Assembly (NCBI GenBank): GCA_030699355.1
Contig: JAUYMZ010000428.1
Location: 1-39,526, forward strand
Direction: 5' to 3'
Source: Bacteroidota bacterium
Lineage (GTDB): Bacteria > Bacteroidota > Bacteroidia > UKL13-3
DNA: 39,526 nucleotides
Made by a program: the position numbers and the translations under genes. The notes under the pieces were generated by a model, which was not told the origin of the DNA, did not search any database, and worked only from the letters and a program-made list of their open reading frames with translations. Shown here one piece after another: positions 8,836 to 18,362 of the stretch; the stretch's first letter is position 1, and the number at the start of each line of letters is the position of its first letter.

Positions 8836-9153
8836 TTACGCGTTTAACTGCTCCAACATTTTTACCAAAAATTCTTCTTTAGAAGTGGTTTCGCCCTGAA
8901 CCAATTGTCCGTTTTTAAACGTAGCGAAATAAGGCAGATTATTTACGTTAGCCACCTTTCTTGCCTCAGGACTTTCCTCTGCATTTACCTCTAAAAATTT
9001 GATCTTTTGATAGGTATCTGCATTGCTCAATCTGGTAAATTTAGGCGCAAACAAACGACAACTGCCGCACCAATCAGCATAAAACTTTATTACTACATTT
9101 TCATTGCCCGCCAACTCGGCGGCAAAATTTTCATCTGTTATTTTGTGTACCAT
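8836..9153 (-). CDS. trxA: Thioredoxin
   Basis: 105 aa with FYADWCGSCRLFAPKF. This is a thioredoxin fold with a CGSC variant of the CGPC active site. Confidence 0.9.
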   Translation of the reverse strand: MVHKITDENFAAELAGNENVVIKFYADWCGSCRLFAPKFTRLSNADTYQKIKFLEVNAEESPEARKVANVNNLPYFATFKNGQLVQGETTSKEEFLVKMLEQLNA

Positions 9154-9216
9154 AATACTTTTGGTAACAAATATAGGGGAGTAAAAGTTTGTTTAAAAGA
9201 ATTGAAGATGATAAAA

Positions 9217-10005
9217 TTACTTCTCCCCCTTCGCCTCATTCCAAATGGCATCCATTTCTTCGAGGCTCATGTCTTTGAGATTTTTGCCTAGGCTCTTGGC
9301 GCGTTCTTCAATGAAGGAGAATCGTTTGATGAATTTTTGATTGGTATACTCCAAGGCATCATCTGGGTTCAAACCAGATTTTCTGGCGAGATTTACCAAA
9401 GAAAAAAGTAAGTCGCCAAATTCTTGCTCTGTCTTTTCTTTGTTTTCGGTTTGAGCCAACTCTTCTTTAAACTCTTGCAACTCTTCTTGCACTTTGGCCC
9501 ATACTTGCTCTCCTGTTTCCCAATCAAATCCCACTTGGGCGGCTTTTTCTTGAATGCGGTATGCCTTTACCAAAGATGGTGCGCCTTTTGATACGCCACT
9601 TAATACAGATTTATTGCCTTCTTTAAGCTTAATTTGCTCCCAATTTTCTTTTACTTGCTCTTCGGTATCGGCTTGCACATTGCCATAAATATGCGGGTGT
9701 CTTACAATCAACTTTTCGCACAAAGTATGTATCACATGGCTAATATCATACAAACCCATTTCACTGGTTATTCTGGCATAAAAAACGATGTGCAACAACA
9801 CATCACCCAGCTCTTTTTCTAATTCTTTGAGATCGTTTTTAATTATGGCATCAGCCATTTCATAGGTTTCTTCTATGGTTAAATGCCTGAGACTTTCTAA
9901 GGTTTGCTTTTTATCCCACGGACATTTTTCGCGCAGCTCATCCATAATATCCAACAAGCGCGAAAAGGCTTGCAGTTTTTCTTCTTTGCTGCTTAAATTA
10001 TCCAT
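9217..10005 (-). CDS. mazG: Nucleoside triphosphate pyrophosphohydrolase MazG
   Basis: 262 aa with tandem MazG-type EExxE/D helices (TIEETYEMADAI, ELGDVLLHIVFYA; second copy EEL-EF-EE, EFGDLLFSLVNLA). Confidence 0.9.
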   Translation of the reverse strand: MDNLSSKEEKLQAFSRLLDIMDELREKCPWDKKQTLESLRHLTIEETYEMADAIIKNDLKELEKELGDVLLHIVFYARITSEMGLYDISHVIHTLCEKLIVRHPHIYGNVQADTEEQVKENWEQIKLKEGNKSVLSGVSKGAPSLVKAYRIQEKAAQVGFDWETGEQVWAKVQEELQEFKEELAQTENKEKTEQEFGDLLFSLVNLARKSGLNPDDALEYTNQKFIKRFSFIEERAKSLGKNLKDMSLEEMDAIWNEAKGEK

Positions 10006-11245
10006 GGTCTAATATAATTAAACCGGTGCGAATTTTTGGTTCAATCCAAGTAGATTTAGGTGGCATAATTAAGTTTTCTTCGGCTACTCGCTTCACCTCC
10101 TCCATACTGGTTGGGTATAAAGAAATAGCCACATCGTAATCTCCTTTATCTACTGCCTCTTGCAAATGGCCAATTCCCCTGCCACCATCCATAAAACTTA
10201 AGCGTGCGTCTGTTTTGCTATCTGTAATATTGAATATTCTTTTTAAGATAAATTCTTCCACAATGCTCACATCTAAATGCGCTAAAGTTCCCTGCAAAGT
10301 TGCTTCCCACTCTGGCTTTAATTGCAATAGAAAAGCCTTGCCTTGAAAATACAAGCCAAACTCTTTTTTATTTAAGGGCTGAACCGGTAAATGTCCGCTA
10401 GGGATTTTATGAAAATACTTCTTAATCTCCTCTAAAAAATCGGGACTATTCACAATGGCCTTATCCCTTACCAAACGATGGTATTCGAAAATACTTAACT
10501 TGCTAAAAGGAATTAAACATACCGGAAAAAAGTTAAATGTTTCTTCACCTGTATAATTTGGGTTTTCTTGACGCTTCAAATCACAAAAGGCAGCAGAACC
10601 TGCAGAGCGGTGGTGACCATCGGCAATATACAAAGTAGGAATGGCTTCAAAACGCGATTCCAACAATTGAATGTCTTTGTCTTCTGTTACCACCCACATA
10701 TTGTGTTTTACCTGATCTGAACTAATAAAATTATACTCCGGTACATGTTTAATAATGTACTGATTTATGAGCAAATCAATCGATTCATCATCGGGGTAAG
10801 TAAGCAAAACAGGATTGCCTAAATTGTTATAGAACTTAATGTGTTCGGCAATTTCATTCTGCTTATCGGTGAGCGTATTTTCATGTTTTAAAATACGGTT
10901 CTCCTTGTAATCATCTACACTGGCCATGGCAATAATACCAGCATAGGCTTGGTGACCTTTGATTAAACGATAGATATAAAAACTAGGTTTACTATCTTTA
11001 ATTAAATGGCCTTGGGCAATTAATTTTTGCAAGAACTCTAATCCAATTGGAAAATGTTTTTCTGGATTTTTCTTTTCCCCCTTAAAATGCAAATGCGGCT
11101 TTACCACATGTAAATAAGAAATCGGATTGTGGTCCATTTCAAACCAAGCTTGGTCTTTTGATGCGCCATCAAATGGAGTGGCACTCACCTCTCCTACTTT
11201 CTCTTTTGCTGGTCGTAAAGCCGCAAAGGGTTTAACTTTTGCCAT
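9998..11245 (-). CDS. DUF1015 family protein
   Basis: 415 aa. It starts MAKVKPFAALRP and contains YIADGHHRSA, the hallmark ADGHHR motif of DUF1015. Confidence 0.8.
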   Translation of the reverse strand: MAKVKPFAALRPAKEKVGEVSATPFDGASKDQAWFEMDHNPISYLHVVKPHLHFKGEKKNPEKHFPIGLEFLQKLIAQGHLIKDSKPSFYIYRLIKGHQAYAGIIAMASVDDYKENRILKHENTLTDKQNEIAEHIKFYNNLGNPVLLTYPDDESIDLLINQYIIKHVPEYNFISSDQVKHNMWVVTEDKDIQLLESRFEAIPTLYIADGHHRSAGSAAFCDLKRQENPNYTGEETFNFFPVCLIPFSKLSIFEYHRLVRDKAIVNSPDFLEEIKKYFHKIPSGHLPVQPLNKKEFGLYFQGKAFLLQLKPEWEATLQGTLAHLDVSIVEEFILKRIFNITDSKTDARLSFMDGGRGIGHLQEAVDKGDYDVAISLYPTSMEEVKRVAEENLIMPPKSTWIEPKIRTGLIILDHG

Positions 11246-11264
11246 TTAATTAGGTTCAGACAGA

Positions 11265-12230
11265 TTAATTACTAAAAAATTCTATTACCTTTTCTGCTAG
11301 CTCTAAGCTAATTCTATTTTGAGCCTCTTTGGTACTGCCGCCTACGTGCGGACTTAAAGAAACATGTGGATGTTGCAAAATGGCCATATTCACTGGAGGT
11401 TCTTTTTCGAACACGTCTAAACCAGCAAAAGATACTTGTCCGCTTTCTAAAGCAGCCAATAAATCTGACTCGCTGATAACACCGCCACGCGAGCAATTTA
11501 CCAAACCAACACCTTTTTTCATTTTGGCCATTTTATCGGCATCAATAGGTGCTTTTTCGCCCTCGTTAAAAGGAATATGAAAAGTTATAAAATCACTTTG
11601 AGAAATTACCGATTGCTCACTAACCGTATTTATGCTCACCTTTACACGAGAATTGACTCCAAGCATAGGAAGGTTAAGTGCTAAATCTACGGTATCTACG
11701 TATGGGTCGAAAGCCAATACCTTCATGCCTAAACCCACGGCAATTTTAGCTACCTCCTGACCAATTCTTCCAAAGCCATAAACACCCATGGTTTTGCCTT
11801 GTAATTCTATAGCATTAGAGGCCGTTTTTTTGAGTTCAGCAAAACGCGTATTGCCCTCTGTTGGCATAATTCTGTTGGTATGTTGCAAGAAACGAATGCC
11901 CGAAAACAAGTGAGCAAACACCAATTCGGCCACACTTATAGAAGATGAAGCAGGCGTGTTAATTACCTTAATACCCTTTTGTTTGGCATAATCTACATCA
12001 ATATTATCCATACCCACACCACCGCGGCCAATAAGCTTTAGGTTAGGACAAGCTTCAATTAAATCTTTACGCACTTTGGTAGCAGAACGCACCAAAATAG
12101 CATCAAAATTTTTGAGTTCAGTGATTAAATTCTCTTGGGCAATTTTCTCGGTTACCACCTCAAAACCTGCGGCCTCAAGCATGGCTTTTCCGCTGGCATC
12201 AATGCCATCGTTGGCTAAAATTCTTGTCAT
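11265..12230 (-). CDS. serA: D-3-phosphoglycerate dehydrogenase (D-2-hydroxyacid dehydrogenase family)
   Basis: NAD-binding GVYGFGRIGQEVA and catalytic-region motifs (NCSRGG, HVGGST). It is adjacent to serC. Confidence 0.85.
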   Translation of the reverse strand: MTRILANDGIDASGKAMLEAAGFEVVTEKIAQENLITELKNFDAILVRSATKVRKDLIEACPNLKLIGRGGVGMDNIDVDYAKQKGIKVINTPASSSISVAELVFAHLFSGIRFLQHTNRIMPTEGNTRFAELKKTASNAIELQGKTMGVYGFGRIGQEVAKIAVGLGMKVLAFDPYVDTVDLALNLPMLGVNSRVKVSINTVSEQSVISQSDFITFHIPFNEGEKAPIDADKMAKMKKGVGLVNCSRGGVISESDLLAALESGQVSFAGLDVFEKEPPVNMAILQHPHVSLSPHVGGSTKEAQNRISLELAEKVIEFFSN

Positions 12231-12242
12231 TATTTATTCTAA

Positions 12243-13313
12243 TTATGCGTTTGCTTTTTCAAAATCTTGCATGGCACTTACCAATGCTTGCACACTCTCT
12301 AATTCTAGGGCATTGTATAAAGAGGCACGTAAACCACCCACAGAACGGTGACCTTTTAAACCACTTAAGTGGCGAGATTCGCAGAACTTTAAGAAATCTG
12401 ATTCTAGGTTTTTATCTGTAAGTACAAAATTTACGTTCATTCTGCTTCTATCTTCAGGCACTACAGTACCAACAAAAAGTGGGTTTCTATCGATTTCGGC
12501 GTATAATAAATCTGCTTTGGCTTTGTTTCTAACTTCCATAGCCTCTAAGCCAATAGATTTAATCCAACGCAAGGTATGCATACAAACAAAAATAGCAAAT
12601 ACGCTTGGTGTATTATACATGCTACCATTTTCTATATGTATTTTATAATTAAGCATGGTTGGCACTTTTTCGTTGGCTTTTTCTAGCAATGATTTTTTAA
12701 TGATAACCAAAGTTGTTCCAGCCGGACCCATATTCTTTTGGGCACCTGCATAAATCATATCAAATTGAGAAGCATCAAAAGGTCGGCTAAAAATATCCGA
12801 ACTCATATCGCAAATTAAAGGTACAGGTGATGTGGGAAATTCGAACATTTCTGTACCATAAATAGTGTTATTGCTGGTGCAATGGTAATACGCGGCATCA
12901 GCAGGTATGGTATAATCTTTCGGTATATAATTAAAGTTCTTGTCTTCGCTGCTGGCCAACACATTTACATTTCCGAACATCTTGGCTTCTTTAATGGCTC
13001 TACCAGCCCAAACACCGGTGTTCACATAAGCAGCAGTTCGGCCTGAACCTAAAAAGTTCATTGGAATCATATCAAATTGCAAGCTGGCACCGCCTTGCAA
13101 AAACACCACTTCATAATCGGCACTTAGGTTTAAAATATCTTTTACCAATTGAACAGCCTCGGCAACCACTGCTTCATATTCTTTGCTGCGGTGCGAAACT
13201 TCTATCAAAGATAAATTGGTACCAGAAAAATTCTGAAGGGCCTCAATACTGGCGTCTATGGCTGATTGAGGTAAAATTGCCGGCCCGGCCGAAAAATTGT
13301 GTACTTTAGTCAT
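12243..13313 (-). CDS. serC: Phosphoserine aminotransferase
   Basis: N-terminal NFSAGPAILPQ and YAGAQKN (PLP-lysine region), both typical of SerC. Confidence 0.95.
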   Translation of the reverse strand: MTKVHNFSAGPAILPQSAIDASIEALQNFSGTNLSLIEVSHRSKEYEAVVAEAVQLVKDILNLSADYEVVFLQGGASLQFDMIPMNFLGSGRTAAYVNTGVWAGRAIKEAKMFGNVNVLASSEDKNFNYIPKDYTIPADAAYYHCTSNNTIYGTEMFEFPTSPVPLICDMSSDIFSRPFDASQFDMIYAGAQKNMGPAGTTLVIIKKSLLEKANEKVPTMLNYKIHIENGSMYNTPSVFAIFVCMHTLRWIKSIGLEAMEVRNKAKADLLYAEIDRNPLFVGTVVPEDRSRMNVNFVLTDKNLESDFLKFCESRHLSGLKGHRSVGGLRASLYNALELESVQALVSAMQDFEKANA

Positions 13314-13462
13314 GGTTTATTGCGTTAAAAGCAGTGCGAATTAATAAAACGTTTAGCTAATTTTATCCATTATTTTATTTTATTTTTGCCCATCATGAAA
13401 AAACTATCATTATACTGTCCATTCTCATTTTTGGCGCTACCTCTTCTTATGCCCAAAGAAAA

Positions 13463-13975
13463 ATGCAACAATTGGATGAAGACGAAGCCAAAAAGCAGGA
13501 ACAATTAAAGGCTTACGAAGGAAAGCAGCGTGGTTTTGATAAAGACAAAATGGTTTATGGTGGCAATGTGGGATTGGCCTTTAGCAATGGCGGAACCTTT
13601 GTTTTGGCTCAACCCATGGTTGGCTATCGCGTTTGGCCTAAAACCATTTTGGGTACAGGCGGAACCTATATTTATCAAAGTATACCCATTACAGCTAATA
13701 CTAAAATTAGCACCAATGCTTTTGGACCCATTCTATTTGTTCAACAAGAAATTTTGCCCATTATTTTTGCCCATGCCGAGTGGCAACCCATCAATTACGA
13801 GAGATTTAGAACCCTTACAGTAAGCGAAAGAGTTTGGTCGAACCAACTTTTTATAGGCGGCGGATATGGTGGAAGCGGGGCACAAATATTTTTACTATAC
13901 AATCTATTGTACGACGAACAAACGTCCTTTTATAGAAACAGTCCTTGGTTTGTGCGCGTTGGTTTTATGTTCTAA
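13463..13975 (+). CDS. Small beta-rich secreted or outer-membrane protein; the 5' end appears frameshifted (see findings)
   Basis: 170-aa ORF ending in ...VRVGFMF, an OMP-like terminal Phe. The 20 codons upstream in the same frame encode a signal peptide (TIIILSILIFGATSSYAQ), but the only ATG (13395) is out of frame. Confidence 0.6.
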   Translation: MQQLDEDEAKKQEQLKAYEGKQRGFDKDKMVYGGNVGLAFSNGGTFVLAQPMVGYRVWPKTILGTGGTYIYQSIPITANTKISTNAFGPILFVQQEILPIIFAHAEWQPINYERFRTLTVSERVWSNQLFIGGGYGGSGAQIFLLYNLLYDEQTSFYRNSPWFVRVGFMF

Positions 13976-14580
13976 AATTGGTTCAGGAAGTATTTAAAAA
14001 CGCTTGGCTTAAAAACCAAAGTAAACACAACTCCATACACAGCGCCATAAAAATGGGCTTCATGGTTAATGTTATCTTGGCTATTTTTACTCGAATATTG
14101 CGAATAAACAAGGTAAGCAATACCCGCAATATATCCCGGAATACCAATTAATCCGTACAAATAAATTTTGGCCGTTGGCTGAAATAATATGGAGGCAAAA
14201 ACTACAGCAGAAACTGCGCCAGAAGCGCCTAAGCCATTATATCCTGGGTTGTTTTTGTGCGCATAATACGTGCTTGCGTTGGCCGCAACTATGCTACTTA
14301 AGTACAATAAAATAAACAAGTAATTTCCGACTGAACCAAAGAAATAAGCATAGTATTTTTGCACGGCTGAACCAAAACTAAATAACACAAACATGTTTAG
14401 AAGCAGGTGAATCCAATCGCCATGCAAAAATCCCGAACTTAGGAACCGATACCACTCCTTTTTTTGGTTAATGGCATAGGGATTAAATATTAGTTTTTGC
14501 ATAAAACCGGCATTGTTAAATGCCTGAATGCTTATTATTGCAGTGATAACAACAATGCTCAAAGTTATATCTATATTCAT
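13972..14580 (-). CDS. Rhomboid family intramembrane serine protease
   Basis: Polytopic protein with HGDWIHLLLNM, GASGAVSAVVF (the GxSG catalytic Ser) and a downstream HFYGAVYG His motif. Confidence 0.85.
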   Translation of the reverse strand: MNIDITLSIVVITAIISIQAFNNAGFMQKLIFNPYAINQKKEWYRFLSSGFLHGDWIHLLLNMFVLFSFGSAVQKYYAYFFGSVGNYLFILLYLSSIVAANASTYYAHKNNPGYNGLGASGAVSAVVFASILFQPTAKIYLYGLIGIPGYIAGIAYLVYSQYSSKNSQDNINHEAHFYGAVYGVVFTLVFKPSVFKYFLNQF

Positions 14581-14613
14581 GGTTCAAAGAAACAATAAAA
14601 CAAACAATAAGCG

Positions 14614-15108
14614 ATGAAACAAATAGGCATCATGAGTGATACGCACAGTTTTTTGAATCCCGCATTGCAAACATTCTTTAAAAATTGCGACGAAATATGG
14701 CATGCCGGTGATTGGGGAGATATAAAAGTTTTACAGGAATTAGAAAAATGGAAGCCTATGAGAGGCGTTTATGGAAACATAGATGGGCAAGAAATTCGTC
14801 AAATTTTTCCCGAAGTAAATTATTTTCCCATCGAAGATTTGCAAGTTTGTATGCTTCATATTGGCGGTTATCCGCAACATTATGCACCCAATTTTAAAAA
14901 AATTATGCACCAAAAACCGATAGATTTAATGGTTTGTGGACATTCTCACATCCTTCGCGTGATGCGCGACACCCAATTTGGGTGGATGCATATTAACCCT
15001 GGAGCCTGTGGAAATCATGGTTTTCAGAAAGTTAACACAGCCATTAGGGTAAAAATAGACAAAAAACGCTTATACGACTTAGAGGTATGGGAACAAAAAA
15101 GAGGCTAG
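14614..15108 (+). CDS. YfcE/MJ0936-type metallophosphoesterase
   Basis: Motifs SDTH, HAGD, GNID, GGYP, CGHSH and INPGA appear in the canonical order. Confidence 0.85.
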   Translation: MKQIGIMSDTHSFLNPALQTFFKNCDEIWHAGDWGDIKVLQELEKWKPMRGVYGNIDGQEIRQIFPEVNYFPIEDLQVCMLHIGGYPQHYAPNFKKIMHQKPIDLMVCGHSHILRVMRDTQFGWMHINPGACGNHGFQKVNTAIRVKIDKKRLYDLEVWEQKRG

Positions 15109-15250
15109 GTTTACGCAACCTAGATAAATATTGAATTGACTTATATAAATAAATTATTATTTTGCTCACCCAAAAGAAACAAAACTTTGAGGCATCAAAT
15201 GATGTTTCATGTTTTGGTTCGAACCGAAAAAAATAAACAGAAATAGATAT

Positions 15251-17479
15251 ATGAAAAAGTTATTACTAGCTGGAGCCTTTTTAATTGCTACCATGAGCGG
15301 ATTTGCTCAGGTAAAAAACCACTCTTGTGGCACAGATGAACACTTGCAAATTCAAATGCAATCGCAACCGGAATTAAAACTCGAAAAAGAAAAGTTTGAA
15401 TCCAACATGCGAGAAGCCATGAAAAATTACAAGCCATCTGATTACAAAACCAAACAGGGCATGCAAAAAAAAGCCGGACCAAAATATATTATTCCGGTTG
15501 TGGTGCATGTTTTTCATGCCAATGGAAACGAAAATATCAGTGATGCTCAAATTAATGCTGAAATTGCATTTATGAATAGGGCTTTTAATAATACGGATCC
15601 AGATAGCACATTTAGAAGAAAAGGTGAATTTATTACCCCTTCTGGAGATACCAATTATTATGATTTTAAAGATTTAGCCGCAGACTCTGAAATAGAATTT
15701 AGATTAGCTAAAAAAGACCCACAGGGTAATTGCACAAACGGAATTGTAAGAATTTATACTCCCTTAACCAACAAAGGAAATGATGAATTAAAAAAGACCA
15801 GTGTTTGGGATACAAAAAAGTATTTCAACATGTGGATAGTAAAGTCTATCAATAGAGGAAACACCATTGGTATTGCCGGATATGCTCAGTTTCCTTTTGG
15901 ACCAGGTGGAGGTGCCTCTACAGATGGAATTATGGTAATGAGTCAATATTTTGGAACCAATGACGAAACAGGAACACATGAAGTTGGTCACTGGTTAGGT
16001 TTATACCATCCTTTTCAAATTAGCACTGATAGTTGTGGTTTAGATGGCGATGGAGTGATGGATACTCCTCCTACCTATTTCAACCCTACCACCTCAGAAC
16101 CATTGCGCAACAGGTGTAATAATAAAAACTTTAATACTTGCTCTACAGAAAAGCCAGACCTTCCAGATATGCAAGAAAATTACATGGATTACTTTACAGG
16201 TGCTTGCGCAAGTAACATGTTTACTTTAGAACAAAAAGCCAGAATGCATACTGTATTGAATAATATTCGTATTCCACTTTGGTCGCCGCAAAACCTTGCA
16301 TTCACTGGGGTAGATGGTTCTGTTACAACACCTTGTCCGCCAGTAGCTGCATTTAACTCGCCAGGTAGAACCATTTGCGCTGGTAATAGAGCTCAGTTTA
16401 TCGACTTCTCATACGGTGGTACCATTACAACATATGAGTGGACTTTTGAAGGCGGAGAGCCAGCAACTTTCACAGGTAAAACTCCTCCTCAAATTTTATA
16501 TAATACTCCAGGTCAATATAATGTTACCTTAAAGGTAACAGGTCCTAACGGAACCAGAACAGCCACTTTAGAAAAATATATCAACGTAATTCCTGCTAGC
16601 AGTCAGTTACCAGCTGGTTATTACACAGCCGATTGGTGGTACCAAAACAATTATGAGGCGCAAGGTTGGACATTTGAATACGAAAATCCGTTTAACAAAT
16701 TCAGAAGATTTGGTGTATCATACAATCAAAATGTTTCTATGTTATACCCTAGAGATCCTTTTAACATTAACAAATCTGTAGGTACTTTGAGTTCATTGAT
16801 ATCTCCAGCCTTTGATTTTACCGGACAGTCTGGTGCTTATTTTAGGTTTAATTATGCATTTGCCCAAGGAACCTTAGGTGCAAATCTTGGTGGTGGAAAT
16901 ACTAAAGATGAATTAAAAGTTTATACTTCTGTTGATTGTGGCAGAACTTGGATAAGCAGAGTTACTTATTCTGATGGCGGAACAAACGGAATTTCTACCA
17001 TTGGAACGGGCGCTGCTGGTACCTTAGCAAATAGCATCGATTTTATTCCTGCAAACCAAAGCAAATGGAAAACGGTTACCCTATCTGGCGGACAAATACC
17101 GAATAGTAATAATGTTCGTTTTAAAATTGAGTTTAAATACCAAGGTGGTAACAACTTTTATTTAGACAATGTGCATACCGGTTTAACGACAGGATTGAGT
17201 AACGAAAACTTAGCTGAGGCCATTGGATTTAAAGTTCAACCTAATCCATTTAACGTAAATACACAATTGCATTATGATTTAAGAAACGCAGAAGAGGTTA
17301 GCATTCGTGTAATGGATATTTTAGGAAAAGACAAAGGAATGGTATTCGAAGGCATGCAACAAGCCGGAACACAAACGGTAGAAATTAGCAAAAACGCCAT
17401 GCAATTAATTCCTGGAATGTATTTGGTTCAAGTAAAAATTGGACAAAACAGCTTCACACAAAAAATAATTGTAGAATAA
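15251..17479 (+). CDS. Secreted M43 (pappalysin/cytophagalysin-like) zinc metalloprotease with a PKD domain and a T9SS C-terminal sorting domain
   Basis: HEVGHWLGLYH (HExxHxxGxxH), NYMDY Met-turn region, PKD-like segment (YEWTFEGGEP...YNVTLKVTGPNG) and a C-terminal tail (VQPNPFNVNTQLHYDL...YLVQVKIG...QKIIVE) typical of the Por sorting domain. I place the start at MKKLLLAGAFL (signal peptide) rather than at 15209. Confidence 0.85.
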   Translation: MKKLLLAGAFLIATMSGFAQVKNHSCGTDEHLQIQMQSQPELKLEKEKFESNMREAMKNYKPSDYKTKQGMQKKAGPKYIIPVVVHVFHANGNENISDAQINAEIAFMNRAFNNTDPDSTFRRKGEFITPSGDTNYYDFKDLAADSEIEFRLAKKDPQGNCTNGIVRIYTPLTNKGNDELKKTSVWDTKKYFNMWIVKSINRGNTIGIAGYAQFPFGPGGGASTDGIMVMSQYFGTNDETGTHEVGHWLGLYHPFQISTDSCGLDGDGVMDTPPTYFNPTTSEPLRNRCNNKNFNTCSTEKPDLPDMQENYMDYFTGACASNMFTLEQKARMHTVLNNIRIPLWSPQNLAFTGVDGSVTTPCPPVAAFNSPGRTICAGNRAQFIDFSYGGTITTYEWTFEGGEPATFTGKTPPQILYNTPGQYNVTLKVTGPNGTRTATLEKYINVIPASSQLPAGYYTADWWYQNNYEAQGWTFEYENPFNKFRRFGVSYNQNVSMLYPRDPFNINKSVGTLSSLISPAFDFTGQSGAYFRFNYAFAQGTLGANLGGGNTKDELKVYTSVDCGRTWISRVTYSDGGTNGISTIGTGAAGTLANSIDFIPANQSKWKTVTLSGGQIPNSNNVRFKIEFKYQGGNNFYLDNVHTGLTTGLSNENLAEAIGFKVQPNPFNVNTQLHYDLRNAEEVSIRVMDILGKDKGMVFEGMQQAGTQTVEISKNAMQLIPGMYLVQVKIGQNSFTQKIIVE

Positions 17480-17502
17480 TTAGACTGATTCTCAATATTA
17501 AA

Positions 17503-17536
17503 TCCTCGTAAACGCATGTTTACGGGGATTTTTTAT
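17503..17536 (+). terminator. Rho-independent terminator of the protease gene
   Basis: CCTCGTAAA / TTTACGGGG form a 9-bp stem with one G-U pair and a 7-nt loop, followed by ATTTTTTAT. Confidence 0.7.
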
Positions 17537-17579
17537 GTTAAGGCATTGTATAAATGAAGCAGAATCCTCCTTATGCAGT

Positions 17580-17664
17580 GGAGAGTTGGCAGAGTGGTCG
17601 AACGCGGCAGTCTTGAACACTGTTGACTGTAACAGGTCCGGGGGTTCGAATCCCTCACTCTCCG
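17580..17664 (+). tRNA. tRNA-Ser (anticodon UGA), class II with a long variable arm
   Basis: Acceptor GGAGAGT/ACTCTCC, anticodon stem GCAGT/ACTGT with loop CTTGAAC (anticodon TGA), long variable arm, T-arm GGGGG-TTCGAAT-CCCTC and discriminator G. It aligns by eye with bacterial tRNA-Ser. CC follows, but no full CCA is encoded. Confidence 0.9.
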
Positions 17665-17705
17665 CCTTCGCTCACCGAAGTATTTTTTGTAGGTGAGCAT
17701 GTCCG

Positions 17706-17743
17706 ATAACCAACTATGATTTTTCGTAGTTGGTTATTTTTTT
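17706..17743 (+). terminator. Perfect 11-bp hairpin plus T-run downstream of the tRNA
   Basis: ATAACCAACTA-(10 nt)-TAGTTGGTTAT followed by TTTTTT. The right arm forms the start of 58-bp repeat copy 1. Confidence 0.6.
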
Positions 17744-17785
17744 GTCCTAATTTTCGGTGAGCTTCGGCGGAGGAGCTCCGCCTTT
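17728..17785 (+). repeat. 58-bp direct repeat, copy 1
   Basis: AGTTGGTTATTTTTTTGTCCTAATTTTCGGTGAGCTTCGGCGGAGGAGCTCCGCCTTT. It matches 19199..19256 with 2 mismatches and contains CTCCGCCTT, which is identical to the tRNA-Ser 3' end plus flank. Confidence 0.85.
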
Positions 17786-17824
17786 TAGGTTCTGCAAAGA
17801 TTTTTGGAATGATTGGCGCAAAAA

Positions 17825-17861
17825 AGCCCAGTTCTTACCGCTACGCTCCAAGAACTGGGCT
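17825..17861. other. Orphan 12-bp perfect hairpin (terminator-like, flanked by an A-run and T-rich sequence)
   Basis: AGCCCAGTTCTT-(13 nt)-AAGAACTGGGCT, preceded by AAAAAA and followed by TTAGTTTGATTTT. There is no adjacent ORF to terminate. Confidence 0.5.
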
Positions 17862-18017
17862 TTAGTTTGATTTTAATTAGGCAAGAAGATTCTACCCCCC
17901 ATGATTGAAAAATAATTGTGAATTTGTTTGGTGAGCCTAGTTAATTGAAATGCAGGCAATTTACTTTTTGAAATAAATTTTTAAAAAATATAATGCCTAA
18001 ACAGTTATATTTGGTTT

Positions 18018-18362
18018 ATGAAACAATTACAGAAAAAAACAACTAAAACAGAAACAATTGACCTTTTTACACAGGTGGAAATCTCTGAGAGTTTGATTAA
18101 TGCCCCAGAAGTTAGATTGCCCGAATTAAGATTTAACATCACTGAGCAATTGAGTCTCGCATTTCAAAATAGGGACAAACTTGCTCTTGAATTTTTGATT
18201 TCAGATAGTATGAAATCAGATGACTTGAAGGACAAACATGTTTTTATCAAAAATTATTTGGCATACTGTAAAACCTTAGAGCGCAAACATGGAAAAATAA
18301 TTGTTCAAACATTAAATGGTGTATTCCTACATTCAATACAAGCTCGACAAGCGAGGCCTTGA
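18018..18362 (+). CDS. Hypothetical protein (114 aa)
   Basis: ORF only; no motif recognised. Its 3' end runs into a GC-richer structured segment, so it may be a remnant. Confidence 0.45.
   Translation: MKQLQKKTTKTETIDLFTQVEISESLINAPEVRLPELRFNITEQLSLAFQNRDKLALEFLISDSMKSDDLKDKHVFIKNYLAYCKTLERKHGKIIVQTLNGVFLHSIQARQARP

Noticed and set aside
8225-9291. Plus-strand ORFs 8225..8485 and 9007..9291
   Set aside because: They are antisense to nuoA and to the thioredoxin and mazG genes, with no independent support.
11314-12421. Small ORFs overlapping serA and serC on either strand (11314..11496, 11329..11580, 12076..12351, 12224..12421), plus 13061..13309 and 13530..13823
   Set aside because: They are nested in or antisense to well-supported genes, with Arg/Cys/Ser-rich junk-like translations.
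15105-15123. Terminator after the phosphoesterase gene (CTAGGTT-TACGC-AACCTAG)
   Set aside because: The stem is only 7 bp and there is no T-run, which is too weak to call.
15209-15250. Upstream start (MFWFEPKKINRNRY) for the M43 protease
   Set aside because: The second Met begins a canonical signal peptide (MKKLLLAGAFLIATMSGFAQ). The extension has no such character.
17460-17479. Apparent mismatch at the protease 3' end. My hand count of the A-run at 17460..17464 gives ...CAA AAA TAA (stop at 17465..17467), whereas the supplied translation ends ...QKIIVE with a stop at 17477..17479.
   Set aside because: It is most likely my own miscount of a homopolymer, because the ORF track is self-consistent in length. 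I kept the track coordinate. The difference of 4 codons does not affect the call. It is worth a glance at the raw sequence.
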